This document shows positions 1-17,511 of a stretch of 64,000 bases of DNA, piece after piece. Numbering within the stretch: position 1 is the stretch's first letter; each line of letters starts with the position of its first letter. The notes below the pieces were generated by a model, which was given only the letters and a program-made list of their open reading frames with translations, had not been told where the DNA came from and searched no databases. The DNA is from the human T2T-CHM13v2.0 reference genome, Homo sapiens, in the NCBI RefSeq assembly GCF_009914755.1, contig NC_060925.1; one strand, 5' to 3'. A program made the position numbers and the translations under genes.

Positions 1-570
<570 letters not shown>

Positions 571-587
571 TCAATCATGTTTAATAA

Positions 588-983
<396 letters not shown>

Positions 984-1544
984 TCAAAGAATACACACAC
1001 ACAGTGTTTGCATGTGCTCAACACTGTGCTCGTGTTTTCTAAGAGAAATAAATAACATATTCCCTGACCTCAAGTAACTGATAATCCAGCTAGGGATGCA
1101 GGGTTTTTTGGGTTGTTGTTTGTTGTTTCCTCCTAACAAACTACTGCATAATTATACAGATATAAAATGAAACATTCAGTGTACATAATATACCTGTAAG
1201 GACGATGAGAGTTGAGAGATGGGGACATAATAGAGCCATATGCATCCACGAAAGAGAGAATATTCTGTTAGTGGATATTTCTATAGAGTTCAAAAATAAC
1301 CGCCAAACATATCAAATATTGAATATGTGAAACCCTCTGTGCCAGTCACAGAAACCTTAAACTAAAAAGAGGGGAAATTGCTGGCTTTAAGGGCTTATGA
1401 TTTAGTCAGGACCACTTCAGATTCTGTTTGGAAGTAGACAGGGCATACACACTTAACAAACAGGTAACAAAGAACGAGTACCACAGCTGGAGTGACAGGG
1501 CAGGGTGGCCACATAAAAACAAAGCAAATCAGTTTCACTCATTA

Positions 1545-2430
<886 letters not shown>

Positions 2431-2443
2431 ATTTTATCTTTAG

Positions 2444-2751
<308 letters not shown>

Positions 2752-3378
2752 AGAAAAGGTTTTAATTTTTAATGCAAATAAATTGATAGGACAAGGTAGT
2801 TTATGCTCAAAGCATAAACTTTGCTCAAAGCAAGACAAAGAAGTGACAGTAAACTCACATTAATGCAGAATGATTGGGAATTGCACCCCTCTTTTGTTTT
2901 CATGCTGTATGGCTATAGCCTTCTTCTCTACAATCTCTGCAGTTTTTGACAGGGAGGTGCATAAGAGAGAATTGGAGAATGACACTACCATTTCTTTTTT
3001 GTTGTATTCAAGTGTTTCATGCAAAGTTTGTGGGTGGAGCAACTTGGAGGACACAGTGGTCACATCCTATTACCTATATCCCATGAATCTTTTCTTTCCT
3101 TGGTTATCCTAAAATAATGCTTGATGAAGAAAAGGCAGGGAACAGCAAAGGAGTGCTGGCTATAGCATCACGAGCCCTGAGAGGGTTTGCCAGGCAAGCA
3201 GAAAAAGCCCCTTTCACCATCAAGTGGTGATCATCCTCATGGTCCTGAGTCCTTAGTGACCATTCAGGAACATCTGGCCTGCCCCAGGCACAATAAGGTT
3301 AACAGTGTCTCAGTCCCTTTAACCTGGTGGAGGGATGAGACTGAGATAAGGATTGAATGATGAAAGAAAAAGCAGGCG

Positions 3379-3755
<377 letters not shown>

Positions 3756-3834
3756 TCAAGCAGATGATCGATGAACATCTGACATGCAAAAACTAGCTTC
3801 CATTTGTGTCACATTCCCCCTAGTTCATCAAGGG

Positions 3835-4005
3835 ATTTTACATTTATGATTTTATTTGATCCTAACCACAACCCTTTGAGAGAGGCCCCAGTCTTCCCAT
3901 TTTACAGATGAGATCATCAAGGCTCAATAAGATCAAAGGTTTTGCCCAAGGTCTCTCTCAGTTAATAGCAGCTGGAGCAGAAACCCAGATTTCTGGTTCC
4001 TCCGA
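3835..4005 (-). mobile_element. MIR
   Basis: cccattttacagatgag...ttgcccaaggtc MIR core. Confidence 0.75.
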
Positions 4006-4239
4006 TTCTTTCTTGTTTGACACATTTAAGCCCTGACAGAAATATTCTCATACAAGAATAGTCACAAATAATACTGAAATGTGAAAAGAAAAATGAAAAT
4101 CTGTCTATCTACTGGAAGTTTTATTCACGTGCTCTTAGCTACTATTTCTCCTTTTGAAATTTCATTTCTCAGCTCTTATCATGAATGCCAAGAAGAAACA
4201 CAACAGACAGGCCCAAGGCACTACCTCTGGGCCTTAGTC

Positions 4240-4410
4240 AGATTTCATTCTCAACCCAACCCTGTGAAGTGAGTGACTGTCCCCATTTTATAACTAAGGA
4301 CCCTGCAGGATCAGAGAGATCAAGCAACTTACTCAAGGAGATGTGACTAGTAAGTGGCCCGGGCAGGACTTGTACTGGATCCTTTTGGCCACAGAACTCA
4401 GGCACTTTCC
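4240..4410 (-). mobile_element. MIR
   Basis: ccccattttata...aacttactcaagg...ctagtaagtggc MIR core. Confidence 0.65.
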
Positions 4411-7016
4411 AAGGTACTACAAAGCCTCCTCAGGCAGGAGGTGCTCAATAAACATCCTTGGCTTGCTCTAATCCATCAAAGGAGATTTGACCAACTTGGA
4501 TGTTTAAGAGCCGTACCACCAGAGCAGATCAGGTTAGTACACACAGAGATGCATTTGCAGGTCATGCGTCAGACAGAAGACAGCTCACCTTCATCAGTCA
4601 AGCAGATTTGAACTCCCCCTTTCTAGAAAACCTTCCTGAGTCTGCTTAGCTTTAGAACACTCTAGTTACCTCTCCCCTTTCCTAGCTTACCCTCCAAATG
4701 ATCTTCCCTTGAGACATTTACTGAGCAGTCACAAAAGTATCTTCAGTCCATCCACATGACAATTGCTTAGGTGTTTGCAGGAGAGGAACCCATCTCAGGT
4801 TTTTGATCCACAGGAGGCAGGGTCCTGAGATGCCTCAGTCACTGCAGACAAGGCCCAAAGAAGCCCCGAATCCTCTGCACCCACCTCCCTCTCACCAAAA
4901 ACCCTTTTCGGGGGAAGAGTGGAATCATCTTACACGAGAAGAACTTAATATCTCAAATGAAACAACAGCCAAGTTTCTCTTCTCCAGGAGAAAAGAGATT
5001 TCCAGACTCTGAGTTAAAAAAAAAAAAAAGAAGTCATTTTTTGGAGTTTCCTCTTTCCAATCTCTTTTACAACAGCTCTCTGAACTTTCAACTAGACTCA
5101 CTGTCTTTTCTCATACTCACGCCCTTCATCCCATGTCCAGCCTCACTGTCTTCCTGTCTTCAGCTCTACTATTGGTGGTCTGGGCCCTGGCTGAGCACCA
5201 CAACCTATACAGATCATGCTCAAGGCAGGAAGTCAAGGCTTCACTCTGTCACTACATTTCTTGCTGCTTAGCATTTGTGTATTTTCGACATATGTTTTTC
5301 CAGTCTCCCATTAAATTAGAATCACAGAATGTTAGGAATGGAAAGAACTTAAGAGCCCTTTAGTTCATGGAGCAGCTCCACAGCCTGTTCCCAAACACCT
5401 CTAGGGGCTTTGGCATTTGACCCAGAACTCCCCTCACATTACAGCAGCAGTTCCCAGCGGGTAGGAGCTTTCCCTTGTACTTCTGCCTCATTGCCTCCAC
5501 AACTGACGCAAGGATCTCCAAAATCAGGGTTCAGTGTTGTTGACAAGGGGAGCAGAATTTTCTAGCTCCAAGCACCCTCAAAGGTCCTCTTTGTTTTGCC
5601 AACAGTCCTGCAGGTACAGGCATAGCTGCTTTGCCCCACTTTGGTGGTGCTGAGGAATGGCAGGCATGACTACTCTAAGGCTGAGGTCAAGCCACCCATC
5701 CTGCCTCTGATCCCTGTCCCCCATGCCACCACCCCAGCCTGGTGCCCTCTCTACCCTAGACTAAGCTGTCTCTATTCTGTGAGCATGAGAGGAGGAACTG
5801 TAGTATAGGATAGTGTAGTGTAAAGACTCTTCTATATCCCTTCCTGGGCAAGTCTTGCCCCCACATGTTCCAGCCTGGGAATCTCAGCACGGCATTTGTG
5901 TTCACTGCTGGCTTGGGTTGGGAACCGTAATCACACCCTGATGAGGATTAATAAGCTTCCTGGGCCTGTTGGGTGACTGTGCCTCAGAAACTGTCCAATC
6001 CAGAGCTGGGTCTATCCCCATAGCACAGCATGCTTTGCTATGAGTCAGAGCTTTGCAAATGCTGAAATTACCACCACCATGTTCCTAGGGATGACACATA
6101 CTCCCAAATGCCATCACTATATATTTTCTTCCACAGTAAGCCTTATAGCTGGTCTGCAGGTTGGCTTAAATTTTGGTTAAGTTTCTTTTTGTCTCAGTTC
6201 TCAATTATTCCTGCTAGGGGAAGCAGTGGTCATTTGGATAATCCAAAAGGATGGATTATCTAAAAATAATTTGAATTTATCTCTGGAATGTGTTAGGTGA
6301 TTTATTTGTTTTAAGCACAGCAGTTACCTTTCTAATGATACTTAATCAGGGTAATGTGAAAGAAATAGCATTCCATCACCACAGATGAGTTAGATAGGCA
6401 GTTCTGGAGGTTGGGGAGAGAGGAGCAAGTGAGGCAGGGTTACGAAACAACGTGGTCAACATCCACACTGGCCAGAGATACCCACACTCAGTCCCTACAT
6501 GTATAGAGGATTACACAGGCTCTGTGATTTTGCTCCCAGGGGTACATTCACACATCTTGCCATCTTCCCATTGGCTAGAGAGGTCTTCCATCCTGAGAAT
6601 GAGAGAGGGCAAATCAGGCGGACAATGAAGTGCCTTCTGTGTCCAGAAAGTTGAGAGTGGTCCTTAAAGTAAAAAAAGGGTGGAATTTAATGTTCCTTTT
6701 CCAACAAGTATGGGAAGTCCCCCTTGAGAGATAGTGTAGGTTTTTGGGAGCCCATGGATGGCCAGCTCCCTGTTGCCCTCGCTAGGATCTTAGAACTCCT
6801 TTCTCTGGGTATCAGGACACAAGAAGACTCCAGTGAGCAGAGAATGGGACAGCGACAGTGTGAAATATATAGATTTTAGACCAGAAGAAAAGGATTGCCT
6901 CTTGTTGGCTATGGGATCTTGGGCAAATTTCTGAATTGCTCTGACCCTTACTGCACCCGTCTGAAAAAACGTAAACAACAACAACAGTAAGAGTAGCTAC
7001 CATACAGATGAGTGGT

Positions 7017-7379
7017 TGCTATGATCTGAATGTTTATGTCCCCGCAAAATTCCTATGTTGAAATTCTAACCCCTAAGGTGATGATATTAGGAGGTAGAAC
7101 GTTTGGGGAGGTGATTGGGTCATGAGAACAGCACCCTTATGAATACAATCAGTGCCCTTACACAATAGGTCCAAGGGAGCTTGTTCATCCCAACCACCAT
7201 GTGAGGGTACAACTAGAAAGTGCCATTTATGAACCAGAAAGCACTCACCAGACACTGAGTCTGCCAGTGTCTTGATCTTGGACTTCTCAGACTTCAGAAC
7301 AGTGAGAAATACATTTCTGCTATTTATAAGCTAACCAGCCTCTGGTATTTTGTTATATCAGCACAAATGGACTAAGATA
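7017..7379 (+). mobile_element. MaLR solo LTR (MLT1A-like)
   Basis: tgctatgatctgaatgtttatgtcccc...gatcttggactt...atggactaagata. Confidence 0.85.
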
Positions 7380-8419
7380 GTGGCAGCTAAATAATATTTG
7401 TGAAAGTATTTTGGAAGCTCTAATGTCCTGTTCAATTGTTAGTTATTACCATAACCTGTGACTGGCCCTATAAAACCCAATCGCAGTCCTGAAAATGGAA
7501 CTCAAAGGGCACGCCCTCCCTAAGGTGAAGGCAGCGTTTGAAGGACTGTATGTTCTCAGCACCTAAGGGGTATATTCAGGTGTGTACTTAATCATTTCTA
7601 TTCTGATTCTGACGAAGATAAAGATAGCACAAGAACCCAGAGGAAGACTGACTGCCTACCTGCATGGAGTCCTTTCTCATTTTCTTAACATTTGGTTGAA
7701 TTTGTTAATGATTCTAGATCACAGCCTCTTCAGATATTGGCCTCTTCAGAAATGCTTGGCAGTGGAATTGCCATCTACCTTGAATGCCAGGTTGGAATCT
7801 GCCCAGACTCTCAATAAGAGAGCACTTCCAAACACTCTGCCCAGGCTCCCTTATCTAAGATCCTCTCTTCAAAAAGTGGGTAGAAGGTGGGGAGATGGGG
7901 GAGGCAGGGAGTGGGGAAGGGTAGTGGTGGGGCGTTTGCCACTGCTGAACTTCAACTTTCCCGCTTGACTATCTTCTTCTCCCACAGAGAAGAAAGAAAG
8001 AATTGCGACTGAAGTTTCAAGATACCCTAAGTTTTCCTTCTCTAGTCTGTAGCCTCCTTCTTGTCTCTCAGTTTGCCCCCTTCTTTCTTTTCACCATTGC
8101 TCACACCCTTGGCTTTCCTGTTTCTGTTTTTTTTTTTTTTTTTTTTTTTTTTTTGTCCTTAGATCTTAAACCACCGGGCCTCTGGATCAAATGGCAGACT
8201 CCTTTAGAGGAAAATGGGATATTTGTTCTGGGACCAGAGAGGTAACCTGCAGGCTCTAATAGTTGCTGAGGAAAAGGAGCAACATGTTCACCTGGATGAT
8301 TCCAAATGGCCTACTCTGGTTTAAGGTTAGGTATGGTTATTCCAAAAGTCTTCACAGACTTCTGTTCCTAACCCATTCAAACCCAAAAGAACTCTAATTC
8401 TACATGTAGCCATCAGCTA

Positions 8420-8764
8420 TGTCTTAGTCTATTGGGCTGTTATAACGAACTGTCATAGTCCGAGTGGCTTATAAATAACAGAAATTTATTTCTCACCCTT
8501 CTGGGAAGTCCAAGATCACGACATGTGGGAGAATCAGTGTCTGGTGAGGGCCTGCTTCCTGGTTCATAGATGGCCATGCTTACATGGCAGAGGGCCAAGG
8601 GATCTCTCAGGGTCTCTCTTCTAAGGGCACTAATCCCATCAGTGAGGTCGCTACCATCATGACCTAATAATCTCCCAAAGACCCCACCTCCTAATACTAT
8701 CACACTGGGGATTAGGTTTCACCATATGAATGTTCTGGGGGACACAAACATTCAGACCGTATCA
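8420..8764 (-). mobile_element. MaLR solo LTR (MLT1A-like)
   Basis: tgtcttagtc...aacagaaatttatttctcac...cattcagaccgtatca. Confidence 0.85.
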
Positions 8765-9053
8765 AGCTGCAGCTAGTTCTTTACCTCAGGATCTTTAATT
8801 ATCCTTCAATTACCCATCTGCCACCTCCCACACCTTCAACTGCTTCCTACTTTTCATTGTGATTAAGTTTCAAATTGTCTCCAGTGGACATAGTATTTCT
8901 AAAAATAGAATTCTTAAGCAATAAGGATGTAGTAAATCAGGAATCTTCAGAAGGTGCATATTCTGTCTGAGGTCAGGTTCTCTAGAGGCAGAGTCTAATG
9001 CAGGGATCATTGTGCAGGTGACTTTGAGGAGGAGTGCTCTAGAAGAAACCTGA

Positions 9054-9413
<360 letters not shown>

Positions 9414-9803
9414 CACTCACCCTATCTTATAGCACTTATCGCTGTAAGGTTTGCTCATTTATCTGTTTACTTACCTTTTTCCCATCTTCCTGCTACTAGA
9501 GTAAAAGCTCCATGACAGTGTGAGCTTACCTGGGTTTTTGTTTTGTTTTGTTTTTATTTGGGTTTGTCCTTGTTGTTGTTTTACTGCTTTATCCAGTGCC
9601 TGGAGCATAGAAGACACTCAGTAGATAGTTGTTTAATAAGATAATGAATGAGTACATAGTTTAAAATAATGTCTACTACAACTGTGTAATACAATGGAAA
9701 AATAACCAAAATCTACACTTAAGTGAAAAGATCATGATGTAAAATGTCATGTGTTACATAATTAGATCTGTGTTGAGAGAACTTCTGTTCCTCGCCACGA
9801 TGA

Positions 9804-10133
<330 letters not shown>

Positions 10134-10555
10134 AGGGATTCACTTTCTTACCTGAAACTACTAAAAATCTGAACAAACTATACGACACAACAGTTTCAGG
10201 ATTTGGTTAGTTAGCACAGGATTGTGTCCCTGAAAGAAGGGAGGGGAAAACCAAGGTCAGTCCTATGATTGCTTCAGTTTAACTGGCTACAGGCAGTTTC
10301 CTGGCTGCAGTGTGGGGAAGAGGAACCCAAGCACAGCCTCGTGCTCTCACTGAGTTGAGAGACTGAAGTTTAGGAATGCTGAGATGGCGAGAATTTGAGA
10401 GGCAACATATCAGGGAGGAGGAACCTGCCCTGCAAGAGAGCTCCAGAGATCTGCAGGTTGATAATTTGACTGGGTACTGATCTGTGCATGTAGGAGAGAA
10501 AACAACATGAAACTGCGTAAAACAAACATACATGCAATAGAAAGCAAGGACATCG

Positions 10556-10860
10556 GGCCGGGCGCGGTGGCTCACACCTGTAATCCCAGCACTTTGGGAG
10601 GCGAAGTGGGCAGATCACGAGATCAGGAGTTTGAGACAAGCCTGGCCGATATGGTGAAACCTCGTCTCTACTAAAAATACAAAAATTAGCCAGGCGTGTT
10701 GCCATGCGCCTGTAGTCCCAGCTACTCAGGAGGCTGAGGCAGGAGAATCGCTTGAACCTGGGAGGCGGAGGTTGTAGTGCGCCGAGATCGCGCCACTGAC
10801 TCCAGCCTGGGCGACAGTGACTCCGTCTCAGAAAAAAAAAAGAAAGAAAGAAAGAAAGAA
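10556..10860 (+). mobile_element. AluS
   Basis: Full dimer; tail decayed to (GAAA)n; TSD gaaagcaaggaca/gaaagcaagaaca. Confidence 0.92.
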
Positions 10861-11334
10861 AGCAAGAACACCCCAAATTCCTGAAGGTCACGGAATTCAG
10901 TTCCCATTAGGCAGAGTGGAAAGACCTCATCACACACAGAGCATTAAGTAGAGTCCACAGAAGGGTATGGTCATGGTGGTGGGGCTAAATAAGCCCTAGA
11001 CTACCTGTTGCTCTGGACCCACCCTAACAAAGCTTAAAAGCAAGCCTTGAAGGGATCAGATTAAATCTAAGTAACTTAACTGAACAAAGTAGAGCATTAT
11101 TTAAAGGATTACAACAAAATCTAGTATCCAACAAGGTAAAATTCACAATATCCAGCGACCAGTCGAAGCTTGCCAAGCATGCATCACAATAGGAAAATAG
11201 TACCCATAACTAGGAGAAAAGTCAGTCAGTAAAAACAGACCCAGAAGTGGCAGAGATGATGAAATTAGCAGATAAGAACCTTAAAAACAACTACTATAAG
11301 CATGCTTCACATGCTGAGGAAGATAGAAAACCTG

Positions 11335-11869
<535 letters not shown>

Positions 11870-12174
11870 TTAAGAACAAATTGGACGATGCAAAAGAAAA
11901 GATCAATAAATTGAAAACATAGCAATAGAAACTGTCTAGAGAAAAACAACTAAAGAAACAAAAAATAAAGAGAGAGAGGTAAAGAGAGTGAGCTTCAGTT
12001 ACCTGAGAGACAATATTAAGCAGTTTAACATGGAATTTAAGTCCCAGAAGAGGGGAATAAGAAATTTTTTTTGAAAAAATAATGGCTGAAAATTTCCCCA
12101 AATTGATGAAAACCATAAACTCACGCATACAAGAAGCTCAATAATCTCCAAGCAGAGTAAATATAAAGAAAACT

Positions 12175-12469
12175 GGCCAGGCACAGTGTCTCACACCTGT
12201 AATCTCAGCACTTTAGGAGGCTGAGGCAAGAGGATCGCTTGAGCCCAGGAGTTTGAGACCAGCCTCAGCAACATAGTGAGACCTTGCCTTTATTTAAAAA
12301 AAAAAAAAAAAATGAAGGCATGGTGGCACACACCTGTGGTCCCAGCTACTGGAAAGGCTGAGGTAGGAGGATTGCTTGGGCCCAGGAGGCAGAGGTTGCA
12401 GTGAACCGAGATTGTGCTACTCTAGTCTGGGTGACAGAGTGAGACTCTGTCTCAAAATAAAATAAAAAA
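12175..12469 (+). mobile_element. AluJ
   Basis: ggatcgcttgagcccagg and caacatagtgagacc J-type diagnostics. Confidence 0.88.
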
Positions 12470-12699
12470 TCAACCTTGGACCTTCGTTTGTCACCCAGAA
12501 ATTCAGTCAACAGGTCAGTCCATCAGACCAATAGCAGTAGTGAGCACCACTTGCATAGAGAAAAAAGCCAGCCCGCCAGGATAAAATAGGAGGGTCCCGA
12601 GGCCTTAACTGTGCAGAAGTGCTTCCCACACAAAGGTTTCCTCACCTGTCAGTGTCTACCCCAACAAGCACCAGAGAACCATCATGAAAATGTACAGTG

Positions 12700-12859
12700 A
12701 ATGTGAGGGAGGGCCAATCACATTAACATTAAATGTGAGGGAGGGCCAATCACATTAACATTAAATGTGAGGGAGGGCCAATCACATTAACATTAAATGT
12801 GAGGGAGGGCCAATCACATTAACATTAAATGTGAGGGAGGGCCAATCACATTAACATTA
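12700..12859. repeat. Perfect minisatellite, 5 x 32 bp, with a CCAAT box and 7-bp inverted repeat per unit
   Basis: aatgtgagggagggccaatcacattaacatta repeated exactly at 12700, 12732, 12764, 12796, 12828. Confidence 0.97.
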
Positions 12860-13544
12860 GCAGGACTGTACCTTGAAACCGTTAACCCTGGGAGAAAGAA
12901 TGGTTGAACAGTAAGCTTTCTGCATTGTTGAGATGAAGCCAGCAACAGTAGGCAAGAAGGTCGTAGCAGGAAGAAGGAAGTATTCTCTGGAGACCAACTC
13001 TCCTGTTTCAGTTTCGTCCCTGGGGCTAGTCCTGCTGAGTCCTGTAAGGTAGTAGTGTGGTGGTTCTTAATCTTTTTTTTTTTCTTTTCGTGTTGGAGGC
13101 ACATCTTTGACTATTAGAATTTGGTGTAGCAGATTTGAAAAAATATGTATTGTAAAACTGAAAATGATACCAAAGTAAGCAGTAATTTCACCTGCAGTCA
13201 TTGCCAAAATATTAAGTTCTCACAGCATTTACAGCACTCATAGAGGCAGCACCAGTTTTCGGTCCTTCTATAATACGTCACCATCTAGAAACGGCCTGTT
13301 TATAGACCCCTAAAGCCATCTCTTACATACTCTAGAGACAAAGTTCTCATGTGTTCCAGTCAACACAGGAGTTTTTTTGTTGATTTGTTTAGGGTGGGGG
13401 TGGTGGGTGCTGGCTCCATGTCATATTATTTCCTCCTCTATCTAGAAGAAAGTTTACGTCGCTCTCTGTACCCATAATGTGAACCCCTTGAGTCAGCAGT
13501 GAGTATTCTGACATACACTGAATCCTCAGTTGTAGCAAAAAGTG

Positions 13545-13993
<449 letters not shown>

Positions 13994-14627
13994 GCATTGG
14001 CCAATATTTGACAGTGCCCTGTGAAAGGATTGGCAGGAGAAGAAAATAAATAGGAAACAGTTTTCCAGCCACAAGAAATTCAACTCAATTCAATCAAGGC
14101 TGACTAAACACCTGCTGCATCTAAGTCCTTGAGCCAGGGTGGGCTTCTGTCCCTAGCAGAGGCTCTTCAGCCTGGAGGCGCACCGCTGGGCTGGGGCAGG
14201 ACCAGTTAAAAGTGAGGAAACCATACATGTACGTCAGAGATATGTTTTCTCTCTTTTCCCTTTGGGAAGATGTTCTTGGGAGTTCTTTGCCAGGAAGTTG
14301 GTCACTTCCTGCCCAAATGATGAGGTTTCCAAAAGGTATAAATAGATTCACTTGCCACATGGAATTGGCTGAAGATGCCTCCACATGCCAGAAGGAAGCC
14401 TTGGGAGGGTTCTTTCCAGTATCAGGGAGCTCAGAGACAGGAGGCAGCAGCTGCCAGAGAAGCAGCACCAGCACCAGCCGGGCCCAGTGGACTTCAGGGC
14501 TGAGGGCAAAAGGGCCTGGAAAAGTAACAAGTCTGTTGCGGAAAGTGCCGGGACTAACGTGCTGTGAGTACGGTGAAGCATATGAGAGAAAAGAGCATAG
14601 TAAATGATGAATAAGTATAAGAAATGC

Positions 14628-14966
<339 letters not shown>

Positions 14967-15308
14967 CTACTAGAAATGTCAGTACCTGCTCAGTGAGTCA
15001 TGCAGGGTGAACCACATACAGGAAGGGGTCAGAGGGTGCAAGAAGGGGAAGAACATGATAACTTATAGGGCCAAAGGCTGTGAGACTCACCTGGTTGTGC
15101 TAAAGAATTCTCCATGTAGGCATTGGTGTTACATTCAAATTTGTGTTGCACATATATTGTTTTTGTGTAACTTTAAGTGCGTACTAAGTTCTATTGGTAC
15201 TTTATCCATGGGAGTAATTAAATTATCAAACACATCCTTTTTTGCTAATGGTATTGCTCTGCCAAGGTAAAAAGGACCCCTGCCTTGGGCCTTTGCTTTA
15301 GACCTTAA

Positions 15309-15450
15309 TTATTCAAAGTGTGGCCCTTGTACCAGCAGCATCAACAGCACCTGGAAGCTTGGGAGAAATGCAGAATATCAGGCCCTACCCCATACCTACT
15401 TAATAAGATCCCAGGTGATTCACATGTGCATTAAAGTCAGAGAACTGTGC
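15309..15450. mobile_element. MER5A (hAT-Charlie MITE)
   Basis: tcaaagtgtggccc...accagcagcatca...agaaatgcagaat...cccaggtgattc. Confidence 0.75.
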
Positions 15451-15877
15451 TTCCTCCAGCTGTGTCTCTCCTCACTGCAGGCACGGTCCTCAGGGCCAAG
15501 GAGACGTGGCCATCCAGCACCCCTTCCCTTCTAGATCATGCTCCAGGTAGCTGGGACACCAGAATACTCTGGACATTGGCCCTCTCTGACCCTGCCCCCA
15601 GAGTTTTTGTGGCCCATCCCCTCAGGGATGGCCTCATTGCCACCATGAGATCTCTGGGCCTGAGAGGTGGCCTCGGGGCAGCTGTTGGCAGGACATGTGG
15701 ACAGAGGTTGGACCACATTCTGGAGTATCCACAGGCTTGCATATGAGGTCCCTTGGACAGAGCCAGAAGCAGGAAAGGAAGCAGAGGAAGGAAGTCATCG
15801 TGTCCTGTGCCACCACATTTCAGGGCAGGACTCCAAGTAATTCAAGAATCTACATTTGAAATTGTTCTTCCAGGTCA

Positions 15878-16219
<342 letters not shown>

Positions 16220-16259
16220 CTAGGATAATAAAACACATTTTATTTAACAGTTTATTCTC

Positions 16260-16752
16260 AAGTGAGGAGCACCTCTGCCCAGCCGCCCCACCATCTGGGA
16301 AGTGTGGAGCGCCTCTGCCTGGAGCCCAGCTGTCTGGAAAGTGAGGAGCTCCTCTGCCCGGTCGCCAACCTGTCTGGGAAGTGAGGAGCGACTCTCCTTG
16401 GTCGCCACAATGTCTGGGAAGTGAGGAGTGTCTCTGCCTGGCCGCTCCATTGTCTGGGAAGCGAGGAGCGCCTCTGCCTGGCCGCCCCACTGTCTGGGAA
16501 GTGAGGAGCGCCTCTGCCTGATCGCCCCACCATCGGGGAAGTGAAAAGCCCCTCCCCCTGGCCCGCGCCTCCCGCCAGCCGCAGCACCATCTGGGAAGTG
16601 AGGAGAGCCTTTGCCCGGCTGCTGTGCAACCCTCCAAGTGTGAAGTGGCAGCCCTGTGTGTGATCTTTCTGCCCTCCCCAAGTTTGCATTTTCAATATTA
16701 AAGTTTACTTTTAAATTAGAAGTTTTAAATTGCAGAATTATATTTTTAGAAA
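16260..16752 (+). mobile_element. SVA2-type VNTR retroposon
   Basis: About 9 SVA-type 40-bp units (tctgggaagtgaggagcgcctctgcc), then a non-SINE-R 3' sequence (ctgtgcaaccctccaagtgtgaagtggcagcc...attaaag); TSD agtttattctc at 16249-16259 and 16753-16763. Confidence 0.8.
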
Positions 16753-17091
16753 AGTTTATTCTCTTGATTCATAACTTTGAAATATCTAGACGTATGGTAC
16801 ATGTCACGCCATTTCTGCTCTTTCCTGCACCTCCCAAATGTTTTAGTTGTAGCCAAAGTACACAAATCTAAGAAGATCCAAATGATCATCCTCACATTGA
16901 CGGGTTCCTAGGCAGAGTAGGACTTTGGAAGACAGATGGGTTTGTCTACAGCCCACCTATCCAATGTGTAATAAAAAGAAGAACATATACTTCATAACTT
17001 GAAAAGGGGTGTTACAAAGGAAAATGTGGATTCTAGAAGGGAGAGCAAAAACAAATCAAGAACCAATCATTATGCAATTTGACAAGTGCTA

Positions 17092-17511
<420 letters not shown>

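Noticed and set aside
12700-12859. CRISPR-like array (32-bp hairpin repeats)
   Set aside because: Units are contiguous with no unique spacers, there are no cas genes, and the context is a primate genome.
12470-13170. Possible processed pseudogene hosting the CCAAT array
   Set aside because: The composition looks mRNA-like, but the plus frames I translated contain stops and match no protein I recognise; no clear TSD or poly-A. A BLASTN/BLASTX search would decide.
14212-14607. 131-aa ORF in unique DNA
   Set aside because: Non-ATG start, no recognisable homology, overlapping antisense ORFs of similar size, and weak splice signals.
16260-16752. Canonical SVA_A-F element
   Set aside because: No CCCTCT hexamer, no Alu-like domain, and the 3' end is not SINE-R.
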